Source: Vairimorpha necatrix (Eukaryota). From it: 49,666 nucleotides of DNA. Position 1 is the first letter of the stretch. Each line of letters opens with the position of its first letter. Below are positions 36,606-49,666 of the stretch, in pieces. Location: contig CP142736.1 of assembly GCA_036630325.1 (NCBI GenBank), positions 930,001 to 979,666 on the forward strand, read 5' to 3'. The translations under genes were made by a program, and so were the position numbers. The notes below the pieces were generated by a model. The model ran no database searches. It was given only the letters and a program-made list of their open reading frames with translations, and had not been told where the DNA came from.

Positions 36606-39600
36606 AAAATAAGATGAAAATTATCAAAATAATTAGATTATTTCAATGAAATTATGAATCAGACGAATTTCTAAATATAATTTAATATTAAAATAAACGG
36701 TAAATATATAAAACAAGACACGGAATAAATTTAATTAACGTAAAAAATTATACTTATGATAAAGTATTATCAATAAAGATGAATTTTAGAATTCCAGATT
36801 TTGTTATGTATATAACGTTAGAACTATAAAATAAAACAGATTCCTAATGAAGGATATTTTAGATCTACCAATAAATTATAATCGATTTGACAAACAAAGC
36901 TGTTCTAGTACATCTATCAAATAAATTCTTTAAACCAAATAATATATTTTATGTAAAATTTACAGAATATCTTAAAATTCAGAGTTTATTAGAAATAAAC
37001 AACAAGATACAACGATGATAATACAAACTGAAATCGATTAAATTCAAAATTAAATATTCTAGTAGCACAATTAATCTTTTGATATTATTGACAAGTCTAT
37101 ATATATTCAAATATTTCGGTTATACATAAATTAGATAGAATACTTTTTTTGTATTAAAATAACAAATCCCAAATATTAATATATTTAGATCTGCTTGAGA
37201 TCCATCTTATCATCAAATTAAACGTGAATATTAAATAGAATCCTAAAAATATAAATCTTAGGCCCTAAATTATGTTATTTTTGATTCTACTAATATTTTA
37301 TCAATATCACATTAAGACTCAACTATTTCGCAATATGAATCAAAGTATCTATTAATATCAGCCTTGTTTGTAAATTTAATATTTTTAAAGAATGAATTCG
37401 TTACTAAAATATGATCACAAAGATCTTATTTATATTTATTAAATTTATTTGATTCAAAATAGAAAAATTATAAAAATTCAATATAATGGTATAAATTATA
37501 TATAAAGCTGAAGAATATATAATATTCAAAAACATAACTTTTATCAAAAATTTTATTAAAACACAAAACAAAAAAAACTAGTTACTTACAAAAAGAAATT
37601 TATTGATTTGTTTAAGCTATCACGAAAAATATTAGAAATGTCAACTAAAAGATTTAATAAGTATTATTAGATATATATATATATTGTTATTTTTTAGGTT
37701 AATGTGATCATATTAACAAACTATAATTAAAGTTATATAAAAATTCAAAATTCTACATTTATATTCCTCTTATAAAACCTAATCATTTTTACTTATTATC
37801 ATGATTGACACACCTCAGGCTTTCCAAAATCCTATCAATTATGAATAAGTATTCACGGCTTTACGGTTCTCAGATATAGGTCCATAAAATGATATATCTA
37901 AAATATTACATCTTAATAATTTAAAATCTAAATTAATTATGTTTGCTAAAACTTGTTATTATGATTTTTTTACAATAAAAATTAGTTCAAATTTTTAAAA
38001 AGAAGTTTTAATACTTTAATAAGACATAAGATTTTTGAATTTAATTGTTAACGAAATAGTGTAATGGACTAAATCAATAATGAACATTGTGTAATAAACA
38101 TAAACCTTACATAAAGAAATTTATAATCAATAAATATATTAAGGATAGATAAATATAATATGCTCATGTAATGATAAAATAATATAGACTCCATAATAGT
38201 GCTTTAAATATAACTTTAGTATGTGATAAGCATACAATTGATAATTTATTTTTTTTCCTTAAGATGAAGTTAAAAACAAATATAAAAACCTACGTAGTTA
38301 GAATTTGGAGAATTAGTTTTTTGATGATATAGGTAAATGACTGCTATAGATAAACATTTTAGATTTAAGATTCTTATTTAATAATTTGATTGATCCAACA
38401 AAATTTATAAATAAAAGCAAAATTAATATCATATGCTACATTTTATAATTTATTTTTGTTATCCATATAAATTTTTAATAGCAAAAGATATACTACAACT
38501 ATACCTTTAAATACACCTTACATTCTAGTTCATGTTACTGTGTATATACCAAGAATCAAAAAGTAGAAGATCTCATTATTTAACTTTATTATATTGAAAT
38601 TCCGAAAGTTTTCTAATTAAATCATTTAAAAGACAAATAACAATATAGATACAAGTTATGGGATTTAAAAAAAATAGATTTAATAAAAAAATGTGTTCTA
38701 GGAAATAACTAACAATAAATTTATAAAAAATGTAATAATAAATTATCCTTCTCATAAATCTAAATTACAAAATAAAATTTTTTTGATTCAGATATAGCTT
38801 ACATTTATATATTAATAGATAAAATATTTTACTAATGTTATATATGCTTGTCTTTGCGATCGTTTACTAGAAGTTTAAACAAATTTATAAATTTATCCTA
38901 TAAAGAGTAATTTCTTTTCATATCGCATTACCAAACTAATTCGTTTATAAGTTTTATTATCAAAGAATAGTATTGTAGAACATTTTAAAATTCTTGTATA
39001 ACACTGGTCTGTATAGATGACACAGTTTAAAATTTAGCTTGGGTCTATTGCATATATTCTCAAATATTACATTATTTAGATTTTAAATTACGTTTCCTAA
39101 ATAAATAGTTGTAAACTAGTCGACAGAACCTTTGATCATAGATTATATTGCATTGTTTTCATAATATCATAATTTATTAAATACAACGTATGTTTGAATA
39201 ATATTTATATTAGTTTAATCGAAGCAAGAATTTAACTTGTCAAACAATTATGAGTATATTTTATAACTAAGTGATATGATAATATAATAAAAAAAAAGGG
39301 ATGGAATTTAATTTTGTATATTAAGTCAATTTTAGTGTTAACTAAAAAAAACTTTATTGAGAATCGTTTTTCTTGTAGGTTAGGTAAGTATGTTAGGTAT
39401 TTTTTATTTAGAAAAAGACCAATTCTTAACTTAAGAAACAATTTAAGTCCCCAAAACAAAGGGATGAATGTATTTATTATTTATTTATATTTTTGTATAT
39501 TTAGATCATTAATTATGGTTTGTTAGCCCTTTAAGTTTTTAGATGATCGATGTATGAAGAAGTTGTGCCAAAGAATTAACCATAATTTTTAATAGTGTAA

Positions 39601-40004
39601 ATATAGAAATTCAACCTTTTAAATTGTACTTATAAAACAATAATATACTATATACACTATGAAGCCAAATTATTAAAAAAGCTTTTACATAACGTATTTT
39701 AACAACATAGAGAACATACTGTATCGAAATATTGGTTAATATATTCAAATCATTGAGGTACTAAGAAAAACAGAACTTATACTCTTTTTAAAAAATCAAT
39801 TGAAATATATATATGTATATATAAGAAGGATAATGAACTTGAAAGAAGAAGAAAATTAACTTTACTTCATAACAAAAAAAATTAACATGTATAGTATATG
39901 TATGTAAAGTTAAGAAGTATTGGTTTTCTAGATGATATTTTTAAGAGAAAAATAATTTCAAATAATTTTTATAGATAAATCACTATAACTTTATAAACAT
40001 ATAA

Positions 40005-41030
40005 GAAGGAAATAGCAATGTAGTAAAATTTAGAACATCTTAGACTACATATAAATCTATATTATTGTTATATAAGCAACACTTGAGTATCTTTATTTGA
40101 TTTTAAAGCATTTAAAAGATTTGTTATTTTTTCTTCTCCTTCTTGTATATATATATAAATAGACAAATCTTGAAAAATTTGAATAAATTAAGAACTTCTG
40201 AAAATGCTTATAAATTCATATTATTGTTATATAAGTGACACCTGGGTACTTTAATTGTTTTTAAAGCATTTATGAAATTTGCCATTTTTCATCTCCTTCT
40301 TGTATATATGTATATAAGAAGACAAATCTTGAAAAATATGAAAAAATTAAGAACTTCTGAAAATGCTTATAAATTCATATTATTGTTTTACAAGTACTTT
40401 TTGTATATCTTTTTTTTGTTTTTAAAGCATTTATGAAATTTGCCATTTTCCCATCTCCTTCTTGTATATATATATAAGAAGACAAATCTAGAAATATATT
40501 AAAAATATGAAAAAATTAAGAACATCTAAGACTACATATAAATTCATATTATTGTTTTACAAGTACTTTTTGTATATCTTTTTTTTGTTTTTAAAGCATT
40601 TATGAAATTTGCCATTTTTCCATCTCCTTCTTGTATATATATATAAGAAGACAAATCTAGAAAAATATTAAAAATATGAAAAAATTAAGAACATCTAAGA
40701 CTACATATAAATTCAAATTATTGTTTTACAAGTACTTTTTAACATTCTTTATTTGTTTTTTTAGCATTTATGAAATTTGCCATTTTTCATCTCCTTCTTG
40801 TATATATGTATATAAGAAGACAAATCTTGAAAAATATGAAAAAATTAAGAACTTCTGAAAATGCTTATAAATTCATATTATTGTTATATAAGTGACACCT
40901 GGGTACTTTAATTGTTTTTAAAGCATTTATGAAATTTGCCATTTTCCATCTCCTTCTAGTTTACATATATATGAAGACAAATCTTGAAAAATATGAAAAA
41001 ATTAAGAACAGCTGAAAATGCATATAATTG
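40005..41030. repeat. Tandem satellite, ~157-169 bp unit, ~6.5 copies
   Basis: AGACAAATCT recurs at 40161, 40320, 40480, 40649, 40818 and 40975, with a more diverged unit upstream. Confidence 0.95.
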
Positions 41031-42121
41031 TACGGTCTTATGTGATAACAAGGAATGTATTTATATATATGCGCACTTATTAGTTTATATGATTTATTTT
41101 TTCTTTAAGTAAATCAAAGTATGTTATTATTATGAAGATTTTGAAACAGAATGATTCTAAAAGTTTCTAGTGTAACCGTGGGCGTTTTACGATTTAACAT
41201 TCTAACATAAAAATAAAATTAACAAATGTATACTAATTGATAAAAATTTTTATTATTTAGAGTAAATATTTTAAAAACTCTCTAAAACAATCTATATTTT
41301 ATTTACAATTACATCTAAATATATATACAAGTCTTTAACTATCAGCAATATATCTAATTTTTCTGGCTAATGGAAAGTCTCTGTGTATATTTGTACATGA
41401 GAGAGATAATGAACACAAAAAAGTGAAAATTGACATCTCATAAAAACTAGTAAAAATAAAATATGTATATATGTAAGTAGATTGCAAAGTTTTTTTTTAT
41501 TCTAATAAAAATGTTTGTACATACATGATTTAAATTTTTTTAAAGAGTATCTATCTGCATATATATATATATAGAAGTACAAAATAAAAAACTTAAAAAT
41601 CAAGAAAAATATATATAAATATTAGTGCAGTGAAATTAATTGTATTAAAATAATAGAACTTTCTATATGGTAACAAATAATATATAAGTATTTTTATGTA
41701 ATTAAAACATTCAATTATATAATTATTGCCGGTATCAACACATAGAATTAATAGATTTTGAATTAAACAAATCAGAATATAATTTGTGTATAAATCAATA
41801 ACAAAGGTTTTTTGAATTTAAAGATGAATTCTTGTTATTGGAATACATTAGGTACATTAGAAAGAATATAATCGTGGATAAAAAAAACCAATACCCCATT
41901 GGACAACAATACTGTATAAAAATACAACACTTTAATATAATATAAAACGAAATTTATATATCATGAAGATTTTATATTTTATTTATTTAATACGAGAGAG
42001 CGATTATATAAATGTATCGAAATAAACACAATTTCTATTAAGAATAATAGCAAAATCTCATAAGTACGTATATATGAATTTAACATTGAAATTATCTAAA
42101 AATAAGAATTTTCATACTTAA

Positions 42122-42255
42122 TGTAGATATTATCGTAGTTAATTAAATACTAATCAATCATATTCTCACAAATTGGCAGATTTAAATTGGCTACAAAAAG
42201 TATTTAGAAAAATTTCCAAGAGAGGGCATGGAAAATAAGATTAAAGAAATTGACA
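42122..42255 (+). repeat. Diverged dispersed repeat (solo-LTR-like), related to 45299-45434
   Basis: Both read TGTAG...CATATTCTyACAAAT...AGAGG..ATGGAAAATAA...AAATTGmCA; the AGAGG..ATGGAAAATA block also occurs in the 123/124-bp solo LTRs; no TSD seen. Confidence 0.45.
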
Positions 42256-42403
42256 TATTTCAAATAAATAACATCTTACAAAATCAAGATACTTATATTA
42301 TATAATTATATATAATTTTTTTGCATAATTTAATGAGAATTTCTAAAAAAATAAGCTTGAATAAGAATTGTCATATTTATAAAAAATATGTTATGTCTAA
42401 ATA

Positions 42404-42590
42404 ACATCCAGATGATCACGAAATAAAGCATTTCTCTGGACTACCGAAGGAGAGGATACGAAGTTGATGTGGGAAGGACTATGGAGATGAGAAGCAACCT
42501 ACAAGCAGGAGACGCTAACGCGAACCTATCCTTGTTAAACTATAAATATAAGTTACAATAAACATATCCTAATTAGATTCACTTATTTTT
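42404..42590 (+). mobile_element. 5'-truncated non-LTR retrotransposon 3' end (copy C)
   Basis: ACATCCAGATGAT (IQMI)...SLDYRRRG...CAGGAGACGCTAACGCGAACCT...GTTAAACTATAAATATAA shared with copy B. Confidence 0.82.
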
Positions 42591-44728
42591 ATGTCGAAAC
42601 ATAACTATATCCCAACGATATCTTATGGTAGTATAACATAGAATTTTGCGACCCAATATAGGATATTATAAAATTGGTTATAACATCTTGATCTTAAGAT
42701 ATCTCATGATTTTACGAGATCAAAATTACTTTTAATAAAGGAAAGTTTTAGAAAAACTTACTTTTAATATATGATAATATTGGCAAATCTGTTCAGGAGA
42801 TGATTAGAGAACTTTCAATTACAAAAAATATATATATATATATCTGATTGTTATGTTAGTATCTTTCTATTAGAGAAAATATTTTACATCTGATCGTATA
42901 ATATTTACTCGTTAAATCAGTAGTAGATCAAAAAAAAGTAAAAAGGATTCAACATTTTGAACTGATATTTTTTGTATATCTTTTATATAGAAACCTCATT
43001 AATAACAATTTCTATTGTATATATAAAATACTTTTTTGTTTAATATTTTGTTTTCGATATTTCTAAAATTTTATCCTTATACATCTGTTTTAAATTAAAA
43101 GCAAATTGAGAATTAGGGATATTTATGCATACTTCTTAATTAAAAATATTCATTGTTAATCGTATAGTGTTATAACACTTAATATGATATCGTTTTGAAT
43201 TTTATCATTTATTTATATCAGTATATGGAAGGGACACATAAAATATTAAGCATTTTAAAAATTTTCATAAATTATCTTTTTAAATTCTTATAATCATTAA
43301 TTAAATACTAGAATAATCATCAAAATATTCTTGTTTTTACATATCACACAATTCAATGTTATGTATCAAATTCATCAGACTGATGTTCTATGAATAATAT
43401 TAGTAAGTAGGATTATTAAAATACTCGAAATGTCTAAAATTGCACCTTTATTCTACGTAAAACTGTTTCTAAATAGTCTAATATTTATAATTTGATCTTA
43501 ATTCTAATATCCCTTTTAATAATTGAATTATTTATTCAGATAATGCTAAACTTATATCTATAGAAGTTTTCGCATACATTCTTCTCAATGATTATGTAAT
43601 AATCATACTTATGTTTGATTGGCAATAATTAGGTATAAATGCGATCATTGAAATCATTATTTTCTACGGACTAGAAATATATGACCGGTGATCCTTATGT
43701 TTATCAATCAATAGATTATATAGCTAAATTTGGGTAAAGCACATGTAGCGGAAGAGCTTTTATATAATTATAGTAAAAAGCTGCAATTACAATTCTTGTG
43801 ACAGCCCGTGTTTTTTCACTGTTAATGTAATTTTTTTTACTTTATGCTCATGATCTTATTTATCAGCTAATGATTTTTATACAATTTAATACTTCGGAAA
43901 TTTGAGTATACATCTGTATTCCAACTTTTCAACTTCTCGCGACACGTGGGATGCGCAAGCGCTATAAGGTCTTGTCCATTGAAGTTGGTATAACTAACGG
44001 TACTCAAATTTCTGAAGTATATAATTCGTATAATAATCATTTGTTGATAGAAGATCATGAGCATAAACTATAGAGATTATTACACTATCAGACAAAAAAT
44101 TGACTGTCTTGTGATGTGATATTGTATAATACTCTATTTATAGTAGTATTAATTTCACAAAACTTCATTGTCATTCCAAACTTGTCTTATCTCTTTATTG
44201 CACCAATCCAATCTTTGATTTCTCATTGCCCATAAACAAAAAAATTTTATTTAATATTTTAGGAGGGAAATTTAAAATAAACAAAAATTTAAAAGAGCGT
44301 AGATTTTGAATTTAAAGGATTTAATAGCAAAAATAAAACAAATTTTTGTTATAAATTAATTAAAAATATACAATCAAAAACTAAACAAATATGTTAATTA
44401 CTCTTTATTCAATGATCTTTATTTGAAATTTTTTATTAATTTTTCTTTGTCTATAGAGTAACAACTCAATTAAAAAGATGATCAGATCGTATTTTTTGAA
44501 ATACAATACGGCCTTAAAATTTTTTAAATTCTCTTGACATTTTTTGAAGAAATTCAAAATTTAATTAAATTTTTACTAAAAATCAATCGTAATGTCAAAC
44601 TAAAATATTTTTTCCAAAATAATAGTTACAGTTGTAAAATTTTAAAAGTTTAGGAATTCATTATTTCTAAATTATATTATTATTGTGTACATATATATTA
44701 ATATTTTAAAATCTTATTTGCATTCTGC

Positions 44729-45040
44729 AGAAATCTAAACATTTCTGGAAGCATAATTCAGTCTAATGTGATGAAGAAAACTCCAGAGTCCATCTCTTAG
44801 GAACGACGAACAAGATACGATAAAGATTATGCAGAAGAAGAAGAAGTGATTATAGCTGTAAGCGCACTAGCGAATATTGCGACTGTTGAACAAGCGATGT
44901 TGGTATAGGAGAATGAAGCTAAAAATTTGGAGTTGAAAAACATAAATAATTCCACATAAATCAAAGTCTATGATGAGCCGAATCTAGTAGCGATACCGAG
45001 GGAAACTGTGCTAGAAAACCTAAATTATAAATTAACTCAA
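44729..45040 (+). mobile_element. 5'-truncated non-LTR retrotransposon 3' end, different subfamily
   Basis: Translates RNLNISGSIIQSNVMKKTPESIS*ERRTR...EEEEVIIAV, matching the IQxxxLKKTLESIS motif but with a different tail; end approximate. Confidence 0.6.
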
Positions 45041-45298
45041 TTAATCTTTTATATGTTGTCAACACTAAAAACAAACATTGAGGTACTTACGAATGTAGTA
45101 ACGACCATGCAACTTTCGTTTGATTGTGTGACCCAACTTGACATGCCTTTCAAAACGGTTGACATATTTTTGACATCTGTCCATGTGTTGTATTAATGTA
45201 CATCACAGTATCTAAGAAAAACAAAATCTCAATAAAGAATATTAGTTAAATCACATAAATATGTTTTTATTATTTTTTAGTTTAAATTCTTAAAAGAA

Positions 45299-45434
45299 TG
45301 TAGCTCATATATAGTTGTAGCAGATCAAATACATATTAAACATATTCTTACAAATGACAGTTTTAACTTGTTGAAAAAATTATTTAAAAAAATTTACTTT
45401 AGAGGTATGGAAAATAATAATAACAAAATTGCCA
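45299..45434 (+). repeat. Diverged dispersed repeat related to 42122-42255
   Basis: Colinear shared blocks as described for 42122-42255. Confidence 0.45.
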
Positions 45435-45516
45435 GATATAATAGAGAAATTGAAATACGATGCTAGTAAATCTTAAAATTTGCGATCACATATGAAAGTA
45501 TTTTGTATATAATATA

Positions 45517-48500
45517 GGATATATACTCGTTTTTGCCGTGTAAAATGTATATTATTTTTTAGTATAACATGTATATATATTAGAAATGTATGTTCTGGGC
45601 AAAGAAAATCTTATTTAATTTTATTTTATATAAGAAAGCATAAAACCAATATTGTAAATTATTCTATTATTTGGTTAAATCGCTTAATGATCTTTCAATC
45701 TGACTAATTTGAAATTTTTCTTTATGCATAGAATGAAAACAAAAATTAAAGGAAGTTGAAAATATAAATGGTTTTCATAAAGGATAACAAAGTTTAAATA
45801 AGTGTGCTTGCGAAAGGGTGCACCTTGATTTGGGATATCGAAGGTCCAAGGTTCGATTCCCGGTAAGAAAAAATTTAAATTTATTTTAAGCATAAAGATA
45901 TCTACTCGCGGACATACAGACGTCACTAAATATTTATTTCAAAATTGATAGACTAAACAAATATTATGAAAAGTATCTCTTGTAATGAATTGATCATTAA
46001 TTTCTTAAATATAATCACAATTCGAATTCTGATTACGTATAATTTGTTCTTGTGTGTTTCAAAATGCCATAGCTGTATATATTATAGGGATCTAAAAGCC
46101 AATTATGGCACTCTTGATGTAGAAATTTATGAAGTTTGTTTTTATACAAACAAGATATAGTATTAAATGGAGATCTGTTCAATTATTCATTAATGACAAA
46201 GAAATTTTATAGTTTGCTTTTAGTGTTCTGTGTGAGAGAAAGACACATCTTAGATCTAGATGATTTATTTATATAATATCGACACTAGATTAAAACGATA
46301 AATCTACACTGAGTTTTTAAAATCTTCATTTTAATATATTTATTGTTTTAATGAGCTATTAGAGGCTTGTATATAAAAAAATCTTACCAAATCAAATCCC
46401 AATGGTTACGTCGGAGATAGTGCAGCGCAAGTATTCAGTAATAGTTAAGAGTTAGAAATGCCCTATATCAATTGGATAATTAACTCTCTTTCTTTTAAGT
46501 TCATGTATAAAATTTCATCTCCCCTCTACTCGCCAAGAATATGAAATTTTAAAGTAAATGTAGGCTATAAGTCATTATTTTGTTTTTTGAACTTCCAAAT
46601 TTTTAATTATTCAAGGATGACAAGTATATATATTCAAACACCAAGAATAAGAATAAAATCATGAAAAAATAAATTATCTAAAATGACATAATTTTGATTT
46701 TTTTTTTTTTATTGATGAAAAGAATTTATACACATTTATAAAAAATAAGAAGTTGATAAAAATCAAAAAAAATATTTGTCTAACTTGCAATAATTTCTAA
46801 TTTTAGAGTTTTGAAATTTTCATTTTTAAAATGAGGAAAATTCTATATACATATATATATATACAATAAGACAGAAAAAAAAATCATGAAAAAATAATTA
46901 GTCTAAAATGAAATAATTTCTAATTTAAGAGATTTAAATTTTAGATTTTCCAAACTTGACAATATATATACAAATGTAATAAGACGAAGAAGAAAATCAT
47001 GATAAATAACTGAGGAAAATAATTACCCCAAAATAATTCATCACAAAAGAATTTATCTATATCACGAAGGCTTAAAAGTAATTATTCTTGACATTTTAAA
47101 CGACCAACTAATTTTTAAGAAGAGATGTATTTGTATATGTATATATATTTAAGAAGAGATAATAATATCGACAAGACGAAAATAATCTATTATTAAAATT
47201 CAGAATAAACAGTATTGTAAGTACAAAACTTCAAAAGTAGACTTAATATTTTTTACGATTGGGAAATTAAATTGTATCTATAACTTGCAAACAAAGTAAA
47301 GTTAGTATGTATAATAGAGAAACAATAAAAATTGGTTCAATCGTTTATTCAAAAAACACTTATTAATACATTGTTTTGGAAATATTTATCTATATAACCG
47401 AACTTAGACAATCCAAGAAATTTGTATTTTGAACAGATTTCCATTAATACTACTAAATTGAATAATCTATGTGTGACGAGTCATTTGCACACTAAAACGT
47501 GCCCTGTCCTAAGTATTAGCCATTATTGACTGACACATCGATATTCTGAAGAAATCATCGACTTTAGATGGCAAAATGAGCAGGTATATATCTGTAATGT
47601 TGACATATAAAGATTTATATAACAAATGTTTCTTGTATTTTAAATATCTTCAATTAGTCTATAGCATTTTACTTAAACAAGACACTTTTAGGGAAAGACT
47701 AAGAAAAATTAAACATTAAGGATCGAAAAGCGCAGAAAAAATAAACACATTAAAGAAAACAACAATATTCCTTATTTAGGGCGTAAATCAACCTCGAAGT
47801 CTATATATAAAATAAAATAAAAATTATATGATACTAGAAATTCAAAATGCAAAAAAATTTATAAGCTTTTAATAAGATATGTGTAGATATAATTAAGATG
47901 CCAAGTGCTTAATATAAATATACTAAGAAATAAAAATCATATAAATAAGTCCATATTTATTGCAACAATCAGATGTATCTTTGTTTTCTAGAATGTAATA
48001 CCCAGAATCAATTACACAATATCTTTTATTTTACAGACTTAACATATTGAACAATAACGTTTTTAATGTTATATAATAAGAAATTATGTTTGTTTCTGAG
48101 TTATTATAATATCGTTTAATTAATAAAGAAACAATATTTCATATGTAAAAAGAATAAACAATTTATATTAAAGAACCCAATCGATGAAAATTAAGCATTG
48201 TAAACAATCAAACTATTGTTCTTTTTGTCAAGACAGATGGCCAAAAATTTAAAAATAAAATTAAAGAAAAATAATAAAAAAAATACGTATCTTATAGATT
48301 CTAAAAATATAATGTCAGTGTAAATGTACTATTATTAATATTCTGTAGGACTGAATATAGAGATTTTGACCTACAATGAATAATAGAAGAGAAATAATCA
48401 GTTATTTAAGATAGTAAAATGAACAAAAGTTGAAAAATAAAGGAAAAATACATTAAAAATAACGAGATTATAATTATTTGTGATTTTGATTATAAATAAA

Positions 48501-49666
48501 ATCATTTTTTTACAACATATATACAATAGAGTAATATAATTCCGCAATTTAATATTTGATATGTTTAGATTTCATTACGTTAACATTTTATTGTAAAATT
48601 ATATAATCTTAAAAATGGAAAAAATTCATTTTGGGATACTATATTTTTTGAATATTCCAGAGATGGAAATATTTTTCATAAGATGGGGTGAAAGATCATT
48701 TAAATATAACATATCTAAAAAACAATTGAATTGGTATATTTTTGAATCACACCCCCTAATAGATATACTTTCTGTTTGCAAATAATTAGACTATCTAAAT
48801 CATTCATAATATACACAGATAAGAGGACGTTGTATATAATAGAAAAGAAAACAAATAAAAAGATTACAGATCTAAAAATAGTTATAAAACTGTACACTAA
48901 ATAAAAGTTATTGTTCACATTGATAATATACCATGGATTCAATAATTGCAGACATAAATTTTGACTGAACCTTTCTGGGATTGATTTGGTTGTAAATTAA
49001 ATTTTTATAAAAAATGCACATATTTTAATTCTGTTCCATTAAAAAAAGTAAAAGGACATTATATTCACATTATAAGTTACTTTAAAAATATTTTGACACA
49101 AAATAAATTATGCAAAAAAACCAATTAACTAGTTTCGTCCTTATTTATAATTTCTATAACCAAATTCAGTACACAAAATTTTTTTGGCAGAAAAACAAAC
49201 CCCTAGATGAAAGATTATCGAAATGTCGTTTCTTACAAAAACAATTGGATAATATGTTCAAGCCATTATAATATTAAGCTCGAAAATATATTTATGCGAG
49301 AAATCAATATTTACGGAAAAAAAGAATAAATTTCTTTGAAGAAACAGTCCAATATTTATTTTAGATGATTCAATAGCTTATTTTCTCGTGTAAAAGACAA
49401 GGTTTATTTATCATTTTTAAAATAGTAATGCTGTCATTATTATTTTTTTGTTTCGTAAATCCGAACCTAATCCTCTATCGTATAACAAAACATAAGGTTA
49501 CACATTTGATAATCTTTATATATTTTTAGATTGGAATGGTACTGTTTCTTTACTAGAGATATATTGTTTGAAAAAATTTCAGTTGTAGATAAAATCTAGA
49601 CAAGAAATAAATATGAAAATTACCTTATAAAACCTATATATGAAATACGCTTAATACGTATAATTC
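45517..49666 (+). repeat. Long direct duplication, copy 2 (runs off the window end)
   Basis: Colinear with 18803-22988. Confidence 0.95.
45800..45868 (+). pseudogene. More decayed tRNA-like pseudogene, paralog of 19086-19155
   Basis: B-box GGTTCGATTCC and anticodon arm (loop TTGGGAT) retained; A-box and acceptor stem lost. Confidence 0.5.

Noticed and set aside
40005-41030. CRISPR-like array
   Set aside because: Whole units are repeated with no unique spacers, no cas genes, eukaryotic context.
45966-46160. Kinase-like motif HSCIYYRDLKAN (also at ~19355-19395)
   Set aside because: No downstream DFG or APE motif, and the frame stops shortly after in both copies.

Overview
Very AT-rich, gene-poor eukaryotic DNA with no visible introns, most consistent with a large-genome microsporidian (inference from CCC motifs just upstream of ATGs, Merlin/ISXO2-like transposases, Ty3/gypsy elements and R4/Dong-type LINE ends). 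Only two intact host ORFs are present (4040-5218 and 13184-15070), both of unknown function. The rest is mostly transposon debris: the 3' end of a gypsy element at the window start; a decayed but end-to-end ~3.15 kb gypsy element with apparent 38/39-bp LTRs; two decayed Merlin DNA transposons, one hit by two solo LTRs with perfect 5-bp TSDs; and four 5'-truncated LINE tails, three sharing a near-invariant 23-nt stem-loop. There is also a ~160-bp tandem satellite, a >=4.1 kb direct duplication carrying a tRNA-Pro-like pseudogene/SINE head, and several probable pseudogenes. No rRNA, intact tRNA or CRISPR array was seen. All calls come from reading the sequence by eye; no searches or alignments were run.
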